DNA from: Camelus dromedarius
Taxonomy: Eukaryota
Length of the DNA stretch: 64,000 nt
Direction of reading: 5' to 3'
NCBI RefSeq assembly: GCF_036321535.1
Contig: NC_087436.1
Coordinates: forward strand, 98,644,001 to 98,708,000
Below are positions 51,865 to 64,000 of this stretch, one piece after another. A model generated the notes under the pieces. The model searched no databases. It was not told where the DNA came from and saw only the letters and a program-made list of their open reading frames with translations. The translations under genes and the position numbers were made by a program. Within the stretch, counting starts at the first letter, position 1. Each line of letters begins with the position of its first letter.

Positions 51865-53670
51865 TTTACTGAGGTACTAATATATGAAATTGCATAAGTT
51901 TAAGGTGCAATGTGTTGATTTGATACTATACATTGCTAAATATTCACCACAGTAGTGTTAACACCTCCATCAACCTCACATAATTACAATTCCTCTTTTG
52001 TTGAGAACAGTTAAGATCTATTCTCTTAGAAATATTTAAATATATAATACAGTACTGTTAGCTATAATCACTATGCTGTACATTAGAGCATTAGGACTTA
52101 CTCATCTTATAACTGGAAATTTGTACACTTTGACCAACATTTCCCCATTTCCCCCACCCTCAAACCCTGGGCAACCACCATTCTACTCTCTGTTTCTATG
52201 AATTCAGCTTTTTTAGATTCCACAGTTAAGTAAGATCATACAGTAAGATCATTTGCCTTTCTCTCTCTGACTTATTTCACCTAACATAATGCCATCAAAG
52301 TCCATCTATGTTGTCCCAAACAGCAGGATTTCTTCCTTTCTTATAGCTGAATAATATTCCACACATAATAAAACTATTCTCCATAGTGGTTGTACCCATT
52401 TACATTCCCACCAGCAGTGCACACGGGTTCCTTTTTCATTATATGCTAGTCAACACTTATAATTTCTTGTCGTCTTGATAACAGCCATTCTAACAGTTGT
52501 GATATATCTTATTTTGGCTTTGATTTTCATTTTCTTTTTGATTGATGATGTTGAGTGTCTTTCATGTGCCTGTTGGTCATCTGTATGTCTTTTTTAGACA
52601 TATATCTGTTCAGTTCCTCTGCCCATTTTTAATCAGATTTTTTTGCTATTCAGTTACATGAGTTTCTTACATATTTTGGATATTAACCACTTATCAGATA
52701 TTATGATTTGCAGATATTTTCTCATATTCTATAGTTGCTTTTTCATTTTGTTGTTTCTTTTGCTGTGAAGAACTTTTTTAATTTGATAAGTTGCACTCAT
52801 TTATTTTTGCTTTTGTTGCTTGTGCTTTTGGCATCGTATGTTTTCTTCTAGGAGTTTTATGGTTTCAGATTTTATGTTTAAGTATTTAATCCATTTTGAG
52901 TTAACTTTCATGAGTGGTTTAAGATAGAGCTCTAAATTCATTCTTCTCAATGTGATTATCTGGTTTCTCTAAAACCATTTAGTAAAGAGAATATCCTTTC
53001 CCTATTCAATATTCTTGATTCCTTTGTCAGTATTTGTTGACCAGATATGCAAGGGTTTATTTGGGGACTCTCAATTCTGTGCCATTGTTCTATGTGTATA
53101 TTTTTATGCTAGTACCACATTGCTTTGATTACTATAGCTTGGTAGTAATCAGGATGTCCGAAATCAGGAAGTGTAATGCCTCTGGTTTTGTTCTTCCTCC
53201 AGACTGCTTGGGAGATGTGGGGACTTTCATGTTTCCCTAGGAATTTTAGAGTTGTCTTTACTGTTTCCGTGAAAAATGCCATTGGAATTTTAGTACAGTC
53301 TGCATTGAATTGACAGATCCAATTGAATTCAATTTAAATATTTTAGTTCCAATTTAAGTAATTCAATTTAAGTAATATGGACATTTTAACAATATTAATC
53401 ACTTCAACCCATGAACACAGGATACCTCCCAACTACTAGCATCTTCTTTAATGTCTTTCATCAAACTCTTACAATTTTCATTGTACATATCTTTCACCTC
53501 CTTGGTTAAATTTATTCCTAAGTACTTTATTGTTTTTGATGCTATTGTGAATGGGATTGTTTTCTTTATTTCTTTCTCAGATGTTTCATTGTTAGTGTAT
53601 AGAAATGCAACTGATTTGTGTATGTTATTTTTGTATTTGGCAACTTTACTGAATTTGTTGATTTTCTGTA
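51865..53670 (-). mobile_element. L1MA9-like LINE (RT C-terminus to 3'UTR, with internal deletions)
   Basis: ORF 53399-53686 encodes KINKFSKVAKYK..KSVAFLYTNN..IPFTIASK.IKYLGINLTKEVKD; 3'UTR 'ggcaaccaccattctactctctgtttctatga'. Confidence 0.9.
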
Positions 53671-54289
53671 AATAAAATCCTACCATTTCTAAACAAAGAC
53701 AACTTCATTTCTCCCTAAATAAAAAGAATGAAATTAACTTCCAATGTTATTTTAATTAAGTTCCCAGAATCTTAACTGTATGACTACATCACTCAAGCTT
53801 GTTCATAGATCTGTAGCAAAAATAATTCCAAAACATTCAAGCGACCCTTACTCAGACATTTCTTTTTAGCTCCTGAACTTTTTGTGGGATTAATTTTCAA
53901 TTCACTGACATGCATGTGTCTTAACTTAGGAAGTACTGTATGTGCTACTACATACTTTCTATATTTAATATTAAGTCCCATGTCATTAATTTAGTGGATC
54001 AATATGATATCTTTTGAAATATAGAAATGATTATGATTCTTCATGGGCTAAATTGTAACAGAGTTGGAGAGTTCATGTATATCTAAGGCAACAAGCTTAA
54101 GGTATAAGCTATCTCTGCCAGATGAAAACAAAATAATTTAGGATATTTTCAGTCTAGCTAAATGTAGAAGAAAAACATAACTTTCCTGTTCACTAGCTGC
54201 ATTTCAACTATCATAAAGTGAATTCACTGACTGCAATAAAGAGACCACATTTGGAATAATAGCAAGTTATTCTTACTATATTTTCCTCC

Positions 54290-54500
54290 ATCTGCCCTTT
54301 ATTTGCATTGGTCAAATTAGAAAATTAAAAGTGGATGTGCTAGGAATCACCTTCCCAGCATTATCTGAAATTTTGAGTATGACATTAATCCAATTATGTC
54401 ATTGTTTCTATTATTGCAAGCCTCATTCAAGATTCAGAATTCATTAGAAGAGTGCTTTTTTTTTGTTGTTAAGTTGATATCATGTAATTAACCACCAGCA
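54290..54500. promoter_or_regulatory. Candidate developmental enhancer (octamer, paired-homeodomain P3, TALE, SOX motifs)
   Basis: ATTTGCAT 54301-54308; ATGACAT-TAATCCAATT-ATGTCAT 54379-54402; CATTGTT 54400-54406. Confidence 0.4.
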
Positions 54501-56004
54501 AAGCTGAAGAGGTAAAAACAAGAATCTGTCCCGTTTTCTAATGCTGCTGGGGCACACACCTGCATATGTCATCCCAAACTGAAAAAATGATGCTCTATTG
54601 AAAAGAAGAATAGAGACTTCTGGACATAACAGTAAACAATGCTAGCCACATATCTACATTTTATGGTGTTCTCTTTGCTCAAATACTTGAGAAATATTGA
54701 TTACACATCTATTTTTGCCATTTAAAGCCCATGTTACATTATCTTGCGTATCTATATTTTGAAGACTATTGATTGATTATTACTGGGAAGGAAAACAAAT
54801 GGAATGACTTCAATCATTTAGAAAATGAAAAATCTTTCTGAAGAACCATTTCACATCAAATTTTTACTTATAGCTACTGAATATTTAACCTGTCTCCAAG
54901 TAAGGTAACAATAATATGCTATCGCCTCAGAAGCTAGAGTGATGAAATGTGTGAACTCTAAAGCCACAAAAGAACAACTTGACATTTTTTAGAGCATCCA
55001 CCCGTACAGACTCATGGATGGCAAGAAATGTTTTTTCTCCTAGGTGATAGTGGCTGTCCTTCATATGATACTGATCCTATATTCCTCTATCCATTTTACA
55101 CATCTTCATTTTTACGCCAAATATAAAAAGTATGTTTATGTATTCCTGAAGAATAAAATTTTATGTCAGCATTCAGTTTTCTACCTTTCCTTGGGAGTTC
55201 AAACACTAGAAGTTATTTCATTAAAATATACTGAAAAGATCCTTGAAATTAAGAAAAATATACCAATTATAATTGCTATACCAATTAAGCATATTGAAAA
55301 CCCATAAGCCACATATTTGGACACTGTCTGTAAATGACATTATACACATGTGATCTGGCTAGAGTCAGTCATGCCCAAAATATTACCCTCCAGGCATTAA
55401 CTGCTTTTAAACTTTGGGGGCAAATCTTATGAGACTCGTGAATCTTAGGTTATTTTGAGTCTTATACTTTTTTAGAATATATTAAAAAGCCCTCAGATAT
55501 GTTTCTTTACAGAATTTCTTTGCATGTTTTTATATAAAGAGATTTTAAGGATATAGAACAATAAATATCTATTATAAAAATTTAACAACTTATTTTATCT
55601 TTTATGTACATAACATACAGACATAGAGATAACAGAGATTTATTGATATTTCTATCATAATATTGGATAATAATAAAATAACAGAATTATTTAATCAATT
55701 CTTCGTTCTTGAAATAACCCTTTCAAAACATGCTCTTATAAACATTGTTTTATGAACATATTTTTTATACATATTCACACATCTGTGTACATAGTTTCGT
55801 AAGGACCTTTCAGCACAGTAGATTTGCTTTGTCAAAGAGCATTAAGTTCTCTGTTGTGAATTTAGTCACATCTACATCAGGGCACATAATGCTTTAGTGT
55901 CTTTCGTCCTTTATTTCCAAATGTCCCTTCAGAAATATTGCATCATTTCCTCCCATCACTGGAAAAAAAAAATTTTGCCATTTCCCCAAACCCTTACTTC
56001 ATTG

Positions 56005-56454
56005 GTGATGTTATTAACGCCCTGCATGGATTCTCAATGCGTCTGTCAGATGCATATATCACCCAGCTGGTAAGCATGTTAGCTGCTAAAAACTCCTAAC
56101 CACCACCTTCTCTGGGAAATTGATGCAGCCAAACAGGAGCTGTCTCATCCCAAAATTATGATTACCCTCTTTCTGGGATAGTCGGGTCAGTGGCTGACTG
56201 AACTGAGGTCGTGATTAAAAACATTTCTGCTCTCTCACATTAAGGTGGGCATGATTCTGCAGTACAGCTTGTGCAGCAGAGCTTCTCTTGAAACCAGGCT
56301 GAAGCTGGTCTTCGGCCAAGATCACTTACTTCCTTAGCTTTCTTCCCCTGTTCTTCCCTGCTTTCCTTCATCCCCTTCTTATGAGAAAATGTCCTCAACA
56401 AAGCACTTCCTTCAAGAACTCCTGTCTCAAGCTCAAAGGAACTGAACCTCAAAC
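56005..56454 (+). mobile_element. ERVL LTR, LTR16A-like
   Basis: 'aaggtgggca', 'ccaggctgaagct', 'cctcaacaaagcactt...aaggaac..aacct'. Confidence 0.78.
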
Positions 56455-57400
56455 TTCTGTGCCAGGAATTCTCCTAGGAAGCAGACTCTAATCATGGCAT
56501 TCTGGAAATGGACCACTCAGTCGCCATATGGTAATGAGGACCCCACCATTGATGGTAGGTGTGTCATCGATAGTCCTTGGAAAGTTGTAGCGGTGGGACT
56601 TCCAAGATTTTTACCTATGGTGAATGGAGATGGGGAGCAGGGGTAATATAATCTGGTATATTGTTGTTAACATTTGAGAGTTAAGGGGAAAGAGTAACCA
56701 AATGAGCTAGGAAATTGAGTGACTGTTGTTAAGCAACACTGATGTAAGAAGCAATCTATTAATAAGGGAAATTCAAGATCCAGACTACCTCTAAGTCAAC
56801 CTTTAGGGAGGCACTCATCTTCAGACAGAATTGGAGACCTAAGCGTGAGTACGGTGAGCATAAATTCCAATAAGGCTGAGTTCTCAGAGGAGGGCAGTTT
56901 CCTAAGCCCTGATAGGGAAGAGGTAGGATATTTGGAGGTAGGACATTTGATTAGTTGTCCTTGAACATTTCAAATAGGATTGATTGTTCTCCATCATTCC
57001 CAGTGACCCACTTGGGTAATTTGAGTTCCCTGTTCTTATAATCTTAGGCTCTGTAGTTTTAATGTTTCTAGGTGCTAAAAGAAGAAGCTTTCTCCAGAGT
57101 ACAGAGTCCCATGAACCATTTGGATGTGGTAGCATGGCTGCTACGTGATGGAGACACGATGAAATATCCTGGAACTCAGGTAATCCATTAGCACATTTTT
57201 GGTACTCCTGTGTACAGCATTAAGTGTAAACAGGGCGTTATGGGAAAGAAGTCCTGTTTAGGGGGTAGTAAGCAGAAACTCAGACAACTTCTGGATAAAT
57301 GTCTGTGTTACCTACAAGGCAAGCCTCTTAAACAGCAGAAGTTACAAATCTCAAGTGGGTAGTGAAGGAGGCCACGGTTTGATGCTCTGGTCAATAATCC
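56455..57400 (+). mobile_element. ERV3-16A3-like internal region, heavily deleted, no 3' LTR seen
   Basis: Leader 'gtgccaggaattctcctaggaagcagactcta...ggcattctgga...ggtaatgaggacccca' directly after LTR16. Confidence 0.7.
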
Positions 57401-57512
57401 AAGCTGAAATCTTGGCCAACAGCATCGATTGATAAGCATGTGGTAAGGGGAAGGCAGAAAACAAACTTTCCTCTTAAGCATGGATGAGCCCAACTGATCT
57501 TGATTTTTTTTT

Positions 57513-60500
57513 CATCTTTTTAATGCAGCTTATTTAATCTCCAAATGAAGACAATAACAAGGTCATAATCTACCTAACATGATACAACTATTCTGCACAC
57601 AAGCAGAATCAATCTAACCCTTCCTCAGTATGGGAGGTAAAGTCCATGAGAGATGTTTACACTTCTGGATATCCTTTAACTTAAGTACTATAATATCAAC
57701 ACATTTTATATTACAAGATAAAGGAGAGAGGAAAGAAAATAGAGATTTGCTACACACGTACACAAACGTGCACAAACATGTTAATAGTAAAATAAGAAGG
57801 AAATACTCGTGACAATTACAGTCTTCATTTCTGCAACTGTCACATGATCATGGCTGGTATTTATAACAATATTCATTCACTACTCATTCTGTATTACCTT
57901 TGCCTTCAACAAGTACCTCAGCTGGTCATGGTTTTTCACATGATGGGGTGAGTCAAATATTTATTCCTAAAGAGACTGAGTAATTAGTACACTGCCTGGA
58001 TTGGGTTGTTGTAATTGTACATTCATCTTAATCAGAGAGTATGGTAATAACAGAGACACCCCCTTAGGGAATCCTCTGGACTTTAGAATGCTCTTTCTTT
58101 TGTCCATTGTGTAGTAGTAGTATTCCCATTTCCCCTTGGTAGTCAGTACCAGTCACCCCAAGCAACAATTCCCTTATTTGCCTATTGATTCATAGACATG
58201 AGGACTCCCAAGTGATCAGGTGGCAGTCTTAACTTAGAATTCAAAGGGAATGTTGTGTCACCTGGATAAACATTGCTTGCTCTTGAACTAAGACATCTAG
58301 GCTAGCAGAGCACACGGTCATGGGAACGGGAAGCAAAACTTTTGCTAGTGGGTCCCTAGGGATAATAGTGAGTGGTGTTGCTCTCACTTTTACACTTTGG
58401 TTCCTCAACTTGTGAATCCTTGCTATGGGAGAAGCAGCACCCTATCTCTGATGCGTACTCAGAGCATATACATCCTTCTGGAGGACCCTGCTCCAGACCT
58501 GCTTGTGTTACCACCCAGCAGGCACGGTAACTGAGTATTCAAAAAGCCATTCCTCTGATCTATCAAACCAGCTGCTTTGGGGCAGTGGGGGAAATGATAA
58601 AACCAGTGGCTTCCACGGGCATGGGCCCATTGCTAGGCCCCTTTCTCTGTGCAGTGAGTTCCTTGGGCAGAGGTAATATGTGGAATACTGTGACTGAGGA
58701 CAGGCAATCCACAGGTGATAGTTTTGGCAGAACTACTGTGTGCAGGGAAAGAAATTCTGTATTCGGAGTGTCTATTTCAGTAAGAGCAAAACACTGTCTT
58801 TCCATGATGGAAGCAGCCCAGTGTAATCCGCCACCAGGTACCTGGCTGATCATCCTAGGGATGGTGCCATATTGGGGGCTTGGCATTGGCTTCTGATGCT
58901 GGCATACTGGGCACTCGGCAGCGGCCAGAGCCAGGTAGGCCTTGGTGAGTGGAAGTCCATGTTGCTGATTATGTGTATAACCTACTTCTCTGCCACCATT
59001 ACCACTTTGTTCCTGAGCCCACCAGCCAATGACAGGGTGGCTGGAGAAAGAAGCTGACTAGCATCCACAGAACAGTTCATCCTATCGCTTGATTATTTAA
59101 ATCCTCTTGTGCTGATGTCACCCTTTGATGATACAAATTTCTTCAAGATTTTTAGCCATTCAGAGAGGTCTTCCCACATACTCCTTACCCAAATTTTGTT
59201 GTCATTAACTTCCCAATCATGTTCCTTCTAATTCCCTGATCATCTAGCCAAACCACTAGCCACAGCCCACAAATCAATACGTAATTGCATATCTGCCTAT
59301 TTCACCTTCCAAGCCAATTGAACAGAGCAGTTGCCCTGCTAGAATGTCTGCCCACTGGATAGAATTTATTTCAAAACTGCCCTTCAGCGATGTCCCAGAG
59401 AGGAGCTGTAATGCTGACCTGTTCACTTTAGGGTGGTGCCTGCTTGTTGTGGAGAGCCTTCTGTAAACCAGGCCTGAGGCTCCTTTTCCTCTGTTGTTGA
59501 TCACAGAGAATTTCCCATGAGGCCATAGGTACAGCTTAAGAGACAGAAAGCAGCATAGCAAGAGTGGGGACCATTTAGGTCACTTCTTTATATAACCTAC
59601 GCGTACTTTCAAGGCCTGCTTGGGCCCAAACATGTATATACCCCTTCCATTTGATGATGGAGTGTTCCTGGGCACGCCCACATTTATGACTTGATAGGTC
59701 AGATAACATCCAGTTCATGAAGGCAGCTCAGGCTGCATGGTAACTGGGTGGCACATGGTTAAATGTTCAGTCTTTACTAAAGCTTAGTAGTATGTCACGT
59801 GCTGGTTCTCAAAAGAAAAGCAGTTGTCTGTGGGGGATAGCAGGGCTTTACCCAAAGCTCTAGGAGCCTGTGCTGTGATTCATGTATAGAGGCCTGCGAA
59901 AGGTCAGAGAGAACCGCTCTCTGCCACTGACACTTCAAGCACCATTGCGTCTTCTGGGTCATATGGCACAAGTGGCAGAGAAACATACATGCAGCCTGGC
60001 TCCGTTTCAGAGCCTTCTACTGTTCTGGATCCCACTCAAATTTAGTGACATTTCAGGACTCCCAGTATATAAGCCAAAGAATTACAATCAAATGAAGAAT
60101 ATGTTGCCTCCAATATCTAAAGAGGCCCACTAGGTGTGGTACATCTTTTTCGGTTGCATGAAGGGCCAGATGTAAGAACCCATCCTTCACCTCAGAGAGG
60201 ACATCTCAACAGGACCCATGCTACTCAACCCTAAAAATATCACTGAGGTAGAAGGCCCCTGAAATTCAGCTGGATTTATTTCCCACATGTAAATGTCTTA
60301 TCAATAAGTCTGAAGTAGTTGCTATTTCCTTCTCACTTGATCCAATCAGAATAAAATGATTGACATATTGGACCAGTGTGACTTCTTATAAAAGGGAAAG
60401 GAAATCAAGACCCCTGTGGACTAAATTATGACCTAAGGCTGAAGGGTTAATACGTGCCTAATGTAGAGCAAGGAAGGTGGCCTTGCAAGCTGACAACAAA

Positions 60501-62891
60501 CTCCTTCTGGTGGATCTTTTTGACAGGAATGGAGAAAAAGGCATTTTCCAGATTAAAAGCTACTTCCTAGGTACCAAGGGATGTGTTAATTAACTCAAAA
60601 TGAAACCACTTCTGTTAAAGCAACAGCAATTGGAATTACCACCTGTTTAAGTTGGTGATAATCCACTGTTACTCTCCAAAATTAATCATCTTCTATAGTC
60701 CATTCCCCACAGAGTTTAATGGTAATAAGGTAGGAATCGGCACCCTCGCATCCTTTAAGTCCTTAATGGTAGCACTAATCATTGCAATCCCTTTGGGCTG
60801 CAGTATTGCTTCAGGTTTACTATTTTCTTAGAGAGAAGCAGTTCTAATGGCTTCCCCTTGGTCTTTCCCTCTGTAATCTCCCTCATTCTACAGGCCAGGG
60901 AACCAGAGTGGTGATGCTGTCAGTTGATAACTATCTATTCCAACTATGCATTCTGGACCTGGGGAAATTACAGTAGGATGGGTTCAGAAAGCCACTGGGC
61001 CCAATGGGAGAGGGACCTGAGCAAAAATTCCACTCATCACCTGACTTTCATAAGCCCCTACTTTGACAGTGGACCACAGTGAAGGTTTAGGTCTCACGGA
61101 ATTGACATCAGTTCAGAGCCAGTGTCCAGTCCCTGAAAGGTCTGACTATTTCCTTTTCCTCAGTGAACTCAATTACTCTGGCAAAAGGCCACAGGTCCCT
61201 TTGGGGAAGGTTGAGAGAAAGATTAAGTATACATTTTTGGAAGTATACCAGGGTCCTTCCCTTCATTTAAGGGGTTTTGAATCTGTGAATTGACTCAAGT
61301 CTGAGAATTGATTGAGTAGTTGTGATTCAGTTTGTATAATTCAGGTTAGACTTTTCTTTCACTTGACCTATAATTTTTCTGCTTATATAGACCTGGTCAG
61401 ATTTTAGTAGGTTTTTTATCTATTTAAACCTCGAGGAACCGCATGAACAACTAGCCAGTGCCATGGGTCTGTAGAAGTCAGACTGTTCTGAGTGCTGCTT
61501 TGACTCTGTTGTCCATCATGGTAACCATGCTTACCTTGCCTTTGGTGGTCCCTGCCACCACCAGATCCAATGACTCTCCGTGCATTTAGGTTTACCAATT
61601 TAGTGCCTGCTGTAACATCTGGCCGACAGAGAAGAGTGATCAAAGAGCCCTTCAGGGGTGCTTTGACAACACTTAAAAATTAATTTCTCACATTATTGGT
61701 GCAACTTATGTCTTCTGTACCCTCCCAGCGTGGGTGAGTAGGTCTTAAATGACCAATCCACTCTAACCTTCCAATCTCCCTAAGCTTTGAATTCTTTGCT
61801 TTAAACAATGACGGGTCTAGCATTTCAAACTTGAAGTCTACGGGTCAGCATCTGGTCCGTGTTTCAGCCACCCAGACTGTTAAGCATAGATTCTCTGCTT
61901 AGTGAGCCTGAATCAGTAAATTTGACCTGATCCAACTTTGTGTTCCTTCTGCTATGATTCCATATTCTTAGTATCCATTCCTACACATTTTTTTCCAGAT
62001 TTCTGTCTACATACAGTAGTTCTTTTGGAGTGTAGCTCACCTCCTCATGGGTTACACTTTGTACTTCACTTTAGGGGCCTGTTGGGTTTTGTGTTCAGTT
62101 ATAGGTCTAGAAGCAGAGGGTAGTGGGAGTGGGTCCTGAGGAGAATCAGCATGTCTCACAATTGTTTAGGTGTAAACATACTTTCCTTAGTCAATACAGA
62201 GTTAACCCTTTCAGATGGGGAAGGAAAGGGCAATACCACTGCGGCTGGGGAGGCCACTTCCGCTGGCGAAGGGGACTCACCAATATTTAGGGCTTCAGTA
62301 TCCCCAGCTTTGTCAGGGTCATGTCTCCGTTCTAACTCACAGGATTCCGTTCTTTCCCAACCAGTGCACTCACTTTAGTAGTAGAGACCCTGGGAGGTTG
62401 AGAGTTCAACTTGCATTTTAATTATGAGTGTCTGTTCTATGCTTGATTCTCAGCAATCTCAGCCCTGCAGCTAAAGGAAATAAGGGTCTCCAGGGCACAT
62501 TCATTAAAGTTATTTACATGGTACTTGATTGGGAGTTCAGATCCCTGAGCTCATCTTTTTCCTTCTTCACTCTGTCCAACAACGTTAGAAATATCCAGCC
62601 AACCCCATTATATTAGTCAGTTTTCCAAAAATGTTCAAAGGTGTCTTGCACAGTCACCCAGCTTCTTGTTTCTTATAAGTGGTTAATTAGGAGTAGCCAA
62701 TGCACATATTTTGTATATATCTGCCAGTTCTGCCAGTTCACAATGTGAACTATCAGTACCCCCTTATTACTATAAATAGAATCCTTACCATCTTTAAACC
62801 TAATTAGATTTTCAATTCCAAAACCCCCAGGCCAATTCTGAAAACTTATCTTTAAATTTTGTTCTTCTAGAACTACTCTTAGTCCCCAAAT
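57513..62891 (-). mobile_element. Decayed ERV-L internal region (gag-pro-RT-RNaseH-IN-dUTPase)
   Basis: IN 'SPQYGTIPR..FALTEIDT' (ORF 58563-58886); RT 'TLVQYVNHFILIG' near 60360; dUTPase 'KLRLPPDHLGVLM..DYQGEMGILL' ~58080-58320; many stops and frameshifts. Confidence 0.92.
58080..58320 (-). pseudogene. ERV-L dUTPase relic
   Basis: Manual translation SASLDVLV../PGDTTFPLNSKLRLPPDHLGVLMSMNQ*ANKGIV..DYQGEMGILLLHNG, downstream of integrase as in ERV-L. Confidence 0.75.
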
Positions 62892-62939
62892 TGATATTAG
62901 TTAGGGTTTGTCAGAGAAACAGAATATATATATATTCAG

Positions 62940-62972
<33 letters not shown>

Positions 62973-63544
62973 AAATCTTATATCTGTCTATAAGATATAT
63001 ATGATAGATAGATATAAGATCATGTGTGTGTGTGCATGTGTGTATGTGTGTGTGTATGTATCTATCTTCTGTCTATCTATCTATCAACATGGAGAGAGAT
63101 TTTTTTCGTAAGAAATTGGCTCATATGAATATGGAGGCTGCAAATGAAGCCACAAAAACTAGGTGGTTTAGTTTCAGTCCAAGCCTAAATGCCTGAGAAC
63201 CAACAGAGTCAATGATGTAAGTCCCAGACAGAGTCCAAAGGCCCAAGATCCAGGGGAGCCAAAGGTTAAGTCTCAGTCTAAATGCAGGAGAAGGTCCCAG
63301 TTCACACAGTCAGAAAGAGGGCAGATTCTTCCTTCCATCACCTTTTTATTCTAGTCACAATATCTTAGCAGATTGTATGAGGCCCACCCACATTGAGAAC
63401 AGCAATCCGCTTTGCTCAGTCTACCAATTAAAATGCTAATTCGATCTGGAAACACTCTCACAGACATACCCAGAAATCATGTTTAACCAAGTATCTGGGC
63501 ACTTCTTGTCCTTCTCAAGTTAACACATAAAATTAACCATCACA
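62892..63544 (-). mobile_element. MLT2 (MLT2B/C-like) 5' LTR of the ERV-L
   Basis: Minus strand starts TGTGATGGTTAATTTTATGTGTTAACTTG; internal TG/TA/TCTA microsatellite 62935-63085; leader 'atttggggactaagagtagttctaga' follows. Confidence 0.92.
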
Positions 63545-63881
63545 GAATCCTCTGAAAAAATTCTTGGTAATGCAGCCTAACTTAATAATGTACTTGAGAA
63601 AATTAAGAAATAAGAAGTCTGGGATTTCCTTTAGGAAAATATAACTAAATTCTTAATTAAATTAAAATTAAATGCTCTAAATAAAAATAAAATTAAAACA
63701 AATAAATAGTTAATTTCACACTAAAAAAGGCAAAGATTTTTTTTGCAGTTTCTTCATAATATAAATGGAAATTCTCTAGTGATCTATTATTTGGCTTGCA
63801 AATATTCATGATTTTTGATTCATTGCTTTCTTCTTCATCTTCTTAACTTTAGGCCATTTTACAATTCATCATCATCTTCAC

Positions 63882-63919
63882 CATGAAAAAGGTACATGAA
63901 AAAGGTACATAAAAAAGTA
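63882..63919 (+). repeat. 13-bp tandem repeat (catgaaaaaggta) x ~3
   Basis: Two exact copies plus one degenerate copy. Confidence 0.8.
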
Positions 63920-64000
63920 AAGAAAATCTCAAATTAGCTAATACTGTCATGGTTTTTGAAGATGTGGTTATAAAAGTCTTCTATAACTGGTAGATTACAT

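Noticed and set aside
58563..62616. Functional or domesticated ERV gag/pol ORFs
   Set aside because: All frames are broken by stops and frameshifts, and the RT catalytic aspartates are lost.
1..64000. CRISPR arrays, operons or other prokaryotic systems
   Set aside because: The sequence is mammalian, with no regularly spaced repeat-spacer array and no gene-dense segment.

Overview
AT-rich mammalian genomic DNA, most likely a camelid (alpaca/llama/camel) because it carries two vic-1-type tRNA-derived SINEs and cetartiodactyl-type L1 3' ends. I find no recognisable host protein-coding gene. The six-frame ORFs are short, and those with recognisable motifs are transposon debris (L1 ORF2, ERV-L integrase, Tigger transposase). 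The window reads as an intergenic or large-intron region, roughly half or more interspersed repeats: MIR, L2, old and young L1, MaLR/ERVL/ERV1 LTRs, hAT and Tigger DNA elements, and a ~6 kb decayed ERV-L provirus at the right end. Repeat-free islands between them carry enhancer-like motif clusters. Subfamily names come from my recollection of consensus sequences, not from a RepeatMasker run, and most repeat boundaries are approximate. The most unusual structure is a TSD-flanked retro-insertion at 27866-28302, in which an L1 fragment has lost its normal 3' end and is fused to ~190 nt of non-L1, 3'UTR-like sequence with its own poly(A) signal and tail.
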